Source: Octopus bimaculoides (Eukaryota). Taken from it: a DNA stretch of 64,000 bases. This document shows, in pieces, positions 24,421-35,100 of this stretch. Numbering within the stretch: the first letter of the stretch is position 1; each line of letters opens with the position of its first letter. The DNA lies in the NCBI RefSeq assembly GCF_001194135.2, contig NC_068991.1, forward strand, positions 67,144,566 to 67,208,565, in the 5' to 3' direction. The notes under the pieces are model-generated. The model searched no databases. It had not been told where the DNA came from and was given only the letters and a program-made list of their open reading frames with translations. Made by a program: the position numbers and the translations under genes.

Positions 24421-26013
24421 GTACATACATATATATTACATACATACACACATGTGAAGTTACATGGCTCAGTGGATAGAGCATCAGGCTTACAATCATG
24501 AGGTAGTGAGCTCAATTCCTTGACCAGGCTGTGTGTTGTGTTCTTGAGCAAGATACTTTATTTCACGCTGCTCCAGTTCACTCAGCTATAGAAACAAGTT
24601 GCAATGTCACTGGTGCCAAGCTGTATCAGCCTTCACCTTTTCCTTGGAACAGTATACAGTAAGATCCATGATGGTAGAGTCCGAGAAATATGAAGTTCTG
24701 ATCGTGATCTGGCTGGAGAGGTGTTAAGGTGGTTCAGAAGAGGTACCAAGGGCCTGAGAAGAAGGTAGGAGAGATGAGGGTCCAAGAGACGAAGGAATTC
24801 AGTCTGGCAGGATCAAACTGGGATAGATGTGACACAATATGTTCTGAAGTACACTCTTCAGGGGAATCGAAACCGCGATCCTATGACTGCGAGTCCGCTG
24901 CCCTAACCACTGGGCCATTGTGCCTCCACCATATTCCAGTAATTTTACTCTATAGTATGTTTTAGCATGATTGTTATGAGTGTTTATTGAGCGAAAAACA
25001 CCTAAAAGCTCCACGAGGCTCCAGCAGGAGATGGTGGCGAACCCTGCTGTACTCTTTCACCACAACTTTCTCTCACTCTTACTTCCTGTTTCTGTTGTGC
25101 CTGTAATTTAAAGGGTCAGCCTTGTCACACTGTGTCACGCTGAATATCCCCGAGAACTATGTTAAGGGTACCCGTGTCTGTGAAGTGCTCAGCCACTTGC
25201 ACGTTAATTTCATGAGCAGGCTGTTCCGTTGATCGGATCAACTGGAACCCTCAACGTCGTAAGCGATGGAGTGCCAACAACAACTGGAATATGACCTTAA
25301 TGGTATACTGTACCTTTTTGGATTGGATTGGATTGGATTGGATTGCCCATGTTCAGTCCGCTGCAGGATGAACGCCTTAACGTGTTCTCTCCACCAATCA
25401 TGATCTGATGTGGAGGTCGTGAATTTGAGCTTGAGATAAAAATAGTTTGATGAGCCTGCTCTGTCACACTGGCTCAACATGGCTTGGCAAAGGAATGCAA
25501 CTTTTACATGCTCATACTCAGGAGTAGTTGACCTCGGTGGAATTTGAACTCAGAATGTAAAAACAGAAGAAATACCACTTAGCATTTCGCCTGATTTGCT
25601 AACAATTCTGCCAGCTCACCTTATACAGTTAGATACTGTATGACAGGTTGTGCATGAGGGTGGAGTGAAAATAAAAACTTGTGGAAATTGAAAATGCCTG
25701 AGGGTTAAAATGTTGCTATATTTGATTACTAGAAAAATGCTAAATTTTCGCTGAGATCAATCAAGGGCATGTACTTTCTCAACCCCCCATATACTCTGAA
25801 AACGGGGGGGATTTTTGTACTGGATATGGCCTGTTTAAATGCAAATGGGTTAACATGTAAATGTTCTGATTTAATGTTTAGAAGAAATATTTCTAGTTGA
25901 CAAGATAATGAATATTAGTTTCTCGTTTCAGCAGCTGTGCTAATTAAGTTTTAAGAATTCAATAATGATGAAGATATTATGAAACAGAAGTGAAAGAGTT
26001 GATCTGACCAAGC

Positions 26014-26154
26014 ATGGCTACCGAATTAAATAGTAGATTTCTCTCTTCAAGTGAGAGCGATGATTTCTATGAACCAAGAACATATGGACATGGTGTCTCC
26101 GGCAATAATGGAGAATTTAATGGTAGACTCTCTGAACTTGCTGACAATTTAAAG
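26014..26154 (+). CDS. CEP128: CEP128 coding exon 1 (exon acceptor about 25931/25934)
   Basis: MATELNSRFLSSSESDDFYEPRTYGHGVSGNNGEFNGRLSELADNLK; donor gtaaat, phase 0. Confidence 0.85.
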
Positions 26155-26475
26155 GTAAATTTAATTTGTTTCTATATTGATGTGTATATCTGACAACTTC
26201 CCTTGTGCTGGTACTGTGATAGAATGCGCCCAGTACACAAATAAACTGAAGTATCATGGGGTGAGGAAACCCCTTAATCTTGTCTTGTCAAGAACATGGG
26301 AACTTCTGTTCTATATTTAAGAGATGAGGAATTATGTACATTATTTACATTTGATGGATATTTGTCCTCATCTTGTTTGTTGTTAACACATTTCGGCTGA
26401 TGTACCCTCCAGCCTTCAGGTGTCTTGAGGAAATTTCAAACCTGGGTTCTCATTCCTAAGGTATTTTTTGATGTT

Positions 26476-26506
<31 letters not shown>

Positions 26507-26523
26507 CATCATCATCATCATCA

Positions 26524-26557
<34 letters not shown>

Positions 26558-26620
26558 GGTGTAGTGGTTAAGAGCACAGGCTACTAACTCTAAGATTCCG
26601 AGTTCGATTCCAGGCAGTGA

Positions 26621-26670
<50 letters not shown>

Positions 26671-29600
26671 GTAATAATAACAGCAACAGCAGCAACAACA
26701 ACAACAACAACATTGGTTCGAAATTTCCCCAAGACACCTGATGAAGACTGGAGGGTGTATCAGTTGAAACGTTGTGTTAACAACAAACAAGATGAGGACA
26801 AACATCCATCAAATGTAAATGATGAGAACTTAGTCATAGACATCATGCTAAAATGAAATGGACAAGCAAGGGTTTATTGAATACTCACTGTCTAACCATT
26901 AGGCCACATACCTTCTCTACCAATGTACAAGATCTATATTTATTCTTTTATTCGTTTCTATCATTTGACTGTGGCCATGCTGGAGCACCACCTTTAGTCG
27001 AGCAAATCGACCCCAGAACTTATTCTTTATAAGCCTAGTACTTATTCTATCTGTTTGTTTTGTCAAACCCCTAAGTTACAGGGACATAAACACACCAGTA
27101 TCGGTTGTCAAGAGATGTTGGGGGGACAAACACAGACACACAAACATATACATATGCATACATATTAGTTTTTCCTTGGGGTTGGCCAGATTGGAGCAGT
27201 CTCGAGTATAACCAGCTGAAATTGCAAAGATAATCTGGATCTCGACTGAGGAAAGAAAACTTCGAATGACCCGTCCTTGTTTTCTTTGTATCGTCTATTT
27301 GGATGTTCTGTTGTCCCTTTCTTGTATCACCTAACTGTCTGGATGTTTTGCGTTCTTGTCCCATTTTGTATTTTTGTATATATATATATACGGCGGGCTT
27401 CTTTTATTTTCCATCTACCAAATCCACTCACAAGGCTTTGGTCAGCCCGAGGCTATAGTAGAAAACACTTGGCCACGGTGCCACGCAGTGGGACTGAGCC
27501 TGGAACCATGTGGTTGGTAAGCAAGCTACTTACCACACAGCTACTCCTGCGCCTGTATGTTTTTGCATTAATTTTTTAATTTTCTCACATATTCTAAAAT
27601 AATATTTCTTTTTATCTTTACAGGACACAACACGAAATCTAAAATCCCTTGACCATATGTTAGATACTTATAAGGATATTGGTCATGAACAACGCTCTTC
27701 CATTGATAAAGTATTTAATTATTCTAAATATGTTTATATATTTTATTCAGTCTTATGATTTTGATGAAGCTGTCATTATATGTTGCTTTCTTTCTCTCTC
27801 TCTCTCTCTTTTTTTTGTTTTTTTTTTGGCCACTTTCTTTGTTAGTTACGAAAGGATTTTGATACGACTTGTGATGACATCCAAGAGGAAAGATATAGAC
27901 AATCAAGTTTAAGTAGAATAGGTAAGTTTTTGAATTTCTTAATTTTGAAAATTGTAGTATTTTCAAGTGAAACATTTGTTAGAGTATTTCATCTGCAGAA
28001 GAAGGTTACTGCTTGTTAAGTACTAAATTTTGGAAAGAAATTACACATGCAAATGGAGTCTATTATTTGTTAGGGGTGAAAATTTGTTAAGAAATCATAC
28101 ATGTAAAATAGAAGTCTGCTATTTGTTAGATGACAAATTTTCATGAGAAATTATATATGTAGAAGTCTTTTATTTGTTAGCTGCCAAATTTTGGTAAGAA
28201 ATTGCACATGTTTTGGGAGATTTTTGTACTTTTAAGGTACCAAATTAAGTGGGGTGGGGAGTAATCTGCAGAAATTGAACTTGTGATTCAAAGTATTTAT
28301 TTTTTAATTCAACATTTAAAATTAATAAAATTGAGTTGTTTTCATAGACTGAAATATATGTGTGTGTGTGTCTGTGAGAGAGAGAGGGGGGGGGTATAGA
28401 GTGAGCTGAAATATGAATAGAAAAATTAGATAAAAATTTTTTTAATTAAATAATAAGAGTAGAAAATGCTTTGAACATCCTCCTGAAAAACTTGGGTTTG
28501 CACCCACTAAGCAAATTCTGTTTTTGCACTTACAACTCTACATAACTTATTTCACTCAATATTATCTAGGAAAGCTACATGTGATGTGTGGATTTGCATC
28601 TTATCCAGAGGAGAGCTATCTCTCATCTGATTTATACTATCTGGCTCTCAACTGATTCCCAGATCTCCGTGACCTTTGTGTTTATTTTGTCTCTTTGTAT
28701 TTTACTGACAAGTAACCAATATATTAAAACACACAGCTTCTCTCTTTCTATGTGTCAATGTGTAACATTTTAAATATAAGCTTGCTTCTCTTCATACTAC
28801 ACTGAGAGACTTCGAGATTATTATCGTCATTATATTTGACCAAAAATGTTAGTCTTTGTGAAATAACAATCAAAGCATTTCAATAAAAGTAAACTTGAAA
28901 CTTGGGATATTTTATTTTTGTTTCAATTTCATTTTGAACTATGCTTTTTTTTAGCTAATAAAATTAACCTCTTTTTTGCTTTTGAAATCTTTGCAGACCA
29001 AGACTACCCAAACCAACATGGCTATGTAGTATGTATTATACATATTAAGTTTCTTCTTATTTGTTATTTAGTAAGATTAGTTGCTGTTGTTGTTGTGCTG
29101 GTCCAGACTTAATCTCAAGTAAACCTGTTGTAAGTTAGGTTATTTAATAAGTTTCAATGGCTTTTATCTGTTATCGTATTTTAGTACCCACAGAGGAAGA
29201 AGAAATCTGCTGTCCATTTTGCTGATGATTTAAAGAAAGAAGTGCATTCTTTGCATGAGTCAGTGAGAGATCTGTCTTATAATCAGAGAAAATTTGAAGA
29301 TTCTTTGACTGAAGATCGTGATCACAGAGATCGGTAAGTAGGAGAATTTTTGTTTAATTTCTGCAAATAAAAGTTCAGATTTGCTCCTTCCAAGTTCAAG
29401 ATTTAGTCTTACAAATATTTGGTAGGTTAAATATTATAAAAGAAACAGCAAGCTGATATAGTCAAAGAACGGACCACAACTTCTCTCTCTCTTCACAAGC
29501 ATTTTTTTCTTTTTTCTCTTTACATCATTCTCAGCGTCGGCTTCTGTTCTTCACCCATCCCTTCTTGGTATCAGCTTCTGTTTGCCTTTTTTTTCTTAAT

Positions 29601-32147
29601 AACTGTCAAATAAAAAGTAAACTAAAGAAGGTGGATGGTAGAAAGGTCATTATGAAACAGTATGTTGTTTGAGTTTATTGATGCTAGTTTTATGAAAAGA
29701 TGTTTAGTTATCAAACTAAATCCATTATAATGAGTTTGGTATGTCTACCAAAGTCTGAAAATACTAAAATGGGATAATTATCCAAATCTCAACAATCCTG
29801 GTTCGGGCCTAAGTATCTGGCCAAGATTAAGTTGTAACAAACTATATCACTATATTTTAAATCATATCATAACAGACTGGTGTTATTATATCATAGACCA
29901 AGTTGTAAAAATATTGGTATATGCCTTAGACCAAATTGTAGCAGACTGGTCTTATTGTATTTTAGACTAAGTTGTAAAAGACTGTTCTCATTAAATCCTA
30001 CCCCAGGTTATAATGAATTTTATATGACAAAGATACAGATAGTGGCCATGTGGTTAAGATGTTTGATCTTCAACCATGTGCTCTTGGGTTCAGTCTCACT
30101 GTGTGACAACTGGGGCAAATGTCTTCTACTATAGCTTCAGGTTAGCTAAAGCCTCGTGAGTAGATGGAAACTGAAAGAAGCCCATTGTATATGTGTGTGT
30201 GTGTGTGCTAGTGCTACATAAAAAGCACTCAGTACGCACTGTAAAGTAGGTGGCATTAAGAAGAGTGTCTCAGCTGTAGAAACCATGCCAAAATAGACAT
30301 TGGAAACTGGTGCAGCTCCAACCCATGCCAGCATGGAAAACAGATGTTAAATGACAATGATGATATGTGTGTGTGTGTGTGTGCGTTTAGTTTATATATG
30401 TATGTATATGTGTATCCTTATCTTGATATCATGTAATGATTGTAAATAAGTATCACTGTCTATCAAGCAATGTTATTCATTACCTGTCGTCCGTAGTGAA
30501 GTATTACCTTGCATAGAAACAGGCGAAGGTTGGTCACGGGAAGGGCATGTGACCATAGAAATTTCGACATATTTTGTCTGACCTTGTAACCATGACAAAG
30601 TGATGATACTGAAAGATTATTTGAGATTAAATTAATTGACAATGGCAAGAAAAATATTAATTAATATGTAACAAAGAAATTGTTGATAAAATTGATTTAG
30701 TTTATTTGTAATTTTATTTCACATCGAAGTTTTGCCTCGGAGACAAAACGTGCTATGAATGCACTTGCAAGTTCCATAAACCACCAAACTAACTCAGAAA
30801 ACAAAGATTCTGTAAGTTTTTTTTTTTTACATATTTGTTTCCTATTAATTANNNNNNNNNNNNNNNNNNNNNNNNNNNNNNNNNNNNNNNNNNNNNNNNN
30901 NNNNNNNNNNNNNNNNNNNNNNNNNNNNNNNNNNNNNNNNNNNNNNNNNNNNNNNNNNNNNNNNNNNNNNNNNNNNNNNNNNNNNNNNNNNNNNNNNNNN
31001 NNNNNNNNNNNNNNNNNNNNNNNNNNNNNNNNNNNNNNNNNNNNNNNNNNNNNNNNNNNNNNNNNNNNNNNNNNNNNNNNNNNNNNNNNNNNNNNNNNNN
31101 NNNNNNNNNNNNNNNNNNNNNNNNNNNNNNNNNNNNNNNNNNNNNNNNNNNNNNNNNNNNNNNNNNNNNNNNNNNNNNNNNNNNNNNNNNNNNNNNNNNN
31201 NNNNNNNNNNNNNNNNNNNNNNNNNNNNNNNNNNNNNNNNNNNNNNNNNNNNNNNNNNNNNNNNNNNNNNNNNNNNNNNNNNNNNNNNNNNNNNNNNNNN
31301 NNNNNNNNNNNNNNNNNNNNNNNNNNNNNNNNNNNNNNNNNNNNNNNNNNNNNNNNNNNNNNNNNNNNNNNNNNNNNNNNNNNNNNNNNNNNNNNNNNNN
31401 NNNNNNNNNNNCATTCACAAGGCTTTGCTCGGCCCAAGGCTATAGTCGAAGACACTTGCCCAAAGTGCCACGCACTGAACCCGGAACCATGTGGTTCGTA
31501 AGCAAGCTACTCCTGAGTACATTTGATCAACTTTTAACTGTGACTGGTATATTATTCTTTAAAACAGAGTATATCATTTCATTTGTCCCAATTTGCTTTA
31601 CTTAAAATAAGTGCAAATACTACTTTTCCAATTCAGTTTAGTTTAACATGTATCAGTAGTTCATAATAATAATAATTGCTTCAAATTTTGACACTAGTCC
31701 TGTAATTTTAGAGGACAGAGGTTAATCAATTACATCGACCCCAGTACTTGACTGGTACCTTATTTTACTGATTCTAAAAGGATGAAAAGCAATTTTGACT
31801 TCGGCAGCATTTGAACTGGGAACATAAAGAGCCGGAAGAAATGCTGCTAAGCATTTTGTCCAACATGCTAATGATTTTCCAGTTTGTTGCGTTAATAATA
31901 ATAATAATAATAATAATAATTTCAAATTTTTGCCACAAGAGCAGCTTGGGGAAGGTAGGGATGAGTCAATTACCTCGACCCCAGTGTTCAATTGCTCCTT
32001 ATTTTATTGACCCTGAAAGGATGAAAGGCAAAGTCGACCTTGGCGGAATTTGAACTCAGAATGTAGCGGCGGATGAAATACCGCTAAGCATTTCGTCCAG
32101 TGTGCTAACGATTCTGCCAGCTCGCCACCTTAATAATAATAATAATG

Positions 32148-32179
<32 letters not shown>

Positions 32180-35100
32180 CATAATAAGGATTTCATATTT
32201 TGGCTCAAGGCCAGTGTTTTTTGAGGGGCGAGGGAAGTCAGTTACATTGACCCCATCCCAGTAATTGATTGGTATTATATTATCGACCCTGATAGGATGA
32301 AAGGCAAAGTCAACCTCAGTGGAATTTGAACTCGAGATGTAATGCTTGCTACAAAGTAGACTCTGCTAAAAGCCTTCAAGGCTCAGGCGGTGTTGCCAAA
32401 CTGAGCGACAGATTATGCCTACAATCAATGTAGGCCATGGCAGCATTTGAACTCAGAACACAAAGATGTGGAACAAATGCCACGAGGTATCCAATCTAAC
32501 ATTCCGATGTTCCCACTTGTCTATTGCCCTAGGCTTGTCCTTTTTTATCGACCTTAAAGGAGTGAAAGGCAAAGTTCAGCTCAGTGGCATTCAAACTCAG
32601 CATCCCATGGTGTTGGAACAAATGTGATGAGACATTCTATCTAACTCTCCATTTAACATGTTATGTAATATCTGATGCAGTAACATAAGACAACAGTTTG
32701 GATATACAGTCAAAGATCATTTCCAAGTTGTTTGTATTTATCAACAAGTATTTTGTTTGATGTTTTTTTTTTTACTGAAAAAGACTTCGGCAAGAGTTGA
32801 GAAGCGTTTGAGTGCCATTCAAGATGAACTTCAAGTTGAACGTCAAATGTTAATGGAGAAACAGAATAAAGAAAATTTGGGTAGTCTGTCTTCAGAGTTG
32901 AAGCAGGTAAGTTTGGAAAATGTGTGCTTGCCAGATTGCATGCACACACACACACACATGTAAGATGGGGTTCCATACAGTTTACTCACAAAGCATTGGT
33001 TGGCCCAGGGCTATGTCAGAAGACAATTGTCAAAGGTGCTGCACTGTAGGACTGAACTCATAACCATGTGGTTGCAAAGTGAGTTTCTTAACTACATGCA
33101 ATCTCAGTGAAATGTTTAACGGAAACATCTGCGAGAGTTCCAAGCATGTTTTGAAACCTTTCAGCTGAAGTTTTCTAATTTTGGTAAGAATCATAGATTT
33201 TTCTTCAAGAATATAAATTAAGTGTGAGTGAGAAGTAACAATTGTATCAAAATATTGACTCTTGTTAATAACGTCTGTTAATTCCTTCAAAACCTTCCTG
33301 TAACTGTAATCAGGCCTTATCATCATTGTCATTTAATTTCCAACTTCCATACTGGCATGGGTGGGATGGTTTGACAGGGTCCGCGATGAGTCAGAGGATG
33401 GTGCTGAGCTCTGTTGTCTGTTTTGGCATGATTTCTAACTCCAACCACTTTACAGAGTGTACTGGGTGTTTTCTTCATGGCACCAGCACCAGTGAGGATT
33501 GTCTCATAACTTACAAGTTTAAAAGCCTAAAGTGACTTCTGTAACTGTGGGAGAAAAGAAGGAAGTATGGGGGATGCTTCTAAGCAGAGGGATGAAGGAT
33601 GGTAAATAAGAAGAGAGAATGAAGGGGAACATGGAAGGAACAAGGGAGAGGGAAGGCATTAAGGATTTGGGATTACAGAGATGAAAAAAAGGGAAACTGA
33701 AAGGTGATAGGGTGGGTTGTGTACGTGGGGTGGTGTAAGGCTATCCAATGTTATAAAGGGGTAAGTATGAACAGGTGTGAGGGAAAAGGGGGACAGGGAG
33801 GGAACAATAGGTAGGGAAGGAGAGAAGATTTAGACACTGTTCTGTCTTTCAGTGTATGAAATTAAAGGTGTGAGTTATGTGAACAAATTGATAATTAATA
33901 ATATTAATAAGATATTTAATTTTCAAACACAAGACATTGGAAGTAATTTTAAAGACTTTTTAAGGTAAATTTATTTAATTCATTAGTGATGGATAATAAA
34001 GTAAATAGTTAAGGTTTTTAATTATAATCATTAAATTAGATTTAGATACTTAATGAGCATGAGTCCAAGATAGAAAAATGTGCACAGATCTACCTTTGTT
34101 CTCTGTATATATATTTTTTGCTGTCTTGGATTAAATGAGATTAAATTATAAAGTGACTAACAATGTAATTTAATGTATATTTCAATTCCTTTGTGTTGTA
34201 ATTTTATTTTCAGGCTTTGCAACAGCATCAGAATTTCCTCTCTACAGTCCAGACCAATGCTACTGCATCAGTTGCACCAGTTGCACCTGTAGCATCACAT
34301 CTTGTTCCTATAACACATCCAAGTAACAATATACAAGAGACAAGCACATATAAAACACAATATCTGGAATCTGAAGCACAAAGACATAAAGTAAGTATTT
34401 TGTTGTCGTCTTACCTGCTTGATCTATTGACATATTTGTCTTCTCAATCTGTTCGATTATTAAACTTAGTTCATTAAAGAACTATCCCTATGACTTATTA
34501 AGTATTTAGCCACATGCCATCTTAAAAAAATCCATCTCTGTAACATGTTAAAACCTGCCTGTACATTGTTTTAAAAATTAGCCTCTAGGACAATGGTTCT
34601 CTTCCTGACATCAATCCTTTTGCTCTGATGTTATGTGACCCAATCTCAATGCCTGAGGTTAAATAAGCCCTGTGTTTCAAAGGTAGACTTGCAAGGAAGG
34701 TTTTCTAGTAAAGTAAACTGTAAATGTATTGGCAGACAGCAATTGGAAAGCACTGCTGTATCTCTCTCCAAGAAAATCACAAACCTTCAAACTTTTCTGA
34801 GATCCATGATTGCTGATCCCTGAGTCTTTAATTTAACAGTAAGGATCATGTTGTTGTTGGTGGTGATGATGTTGATGATATGAAGTAAGACTGTTGATTC
34901 AAGTTTAGAATATTTTTAACAATAGCACAGATGCAGCACGGAATTTTGTCAGTGAACAGGTCACGGTCTCAAAGTGATGAAAATATTTTGGCAAATTAAA
35001 TTTAAATGTTGAAGTGAATCTAACGGTTTTTGTGTGTTTCTTAAATGGCTTATAAACATTTTCCATGCTGCAATTGTTTTCGTTCCAGCACCCGATCTCA

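Noticed and set aside
26504-26805. Poly-Leu/Ile/Met and poly-Cys/Tyr ORFs, and YIYI-type ORFs elsewhere
   Set aside because: They are translations of (AAT)n, (CAT)n and (TA)n microsatellites.
27246-27280. Possible second hammerhead (CTGAGGA-AAGAAAACTT-CGAAT-GACCCGTC) in the insertion inside a SINE
   Set aside because: GAAA is not intact, there is no A15.1-U16.1 pair, and stem I is unconvincing. A family consensus would be needed to revisit it.
28570-28656. Alternative CEP128 exon in phase 1 (GKLHVM...SYLSSDL)
   Set aside because: It runs into TGA with no suitable donor. The 28997-29028 micro-exon satisfies the phases.
30697-31605. Long ORFs spanning N runs (also about 5275-5925, 8918-9569, 43577-44500, 45682-46986, 57653-58264)
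   Set aside because: They are open only because of assembly gaps translated as X.
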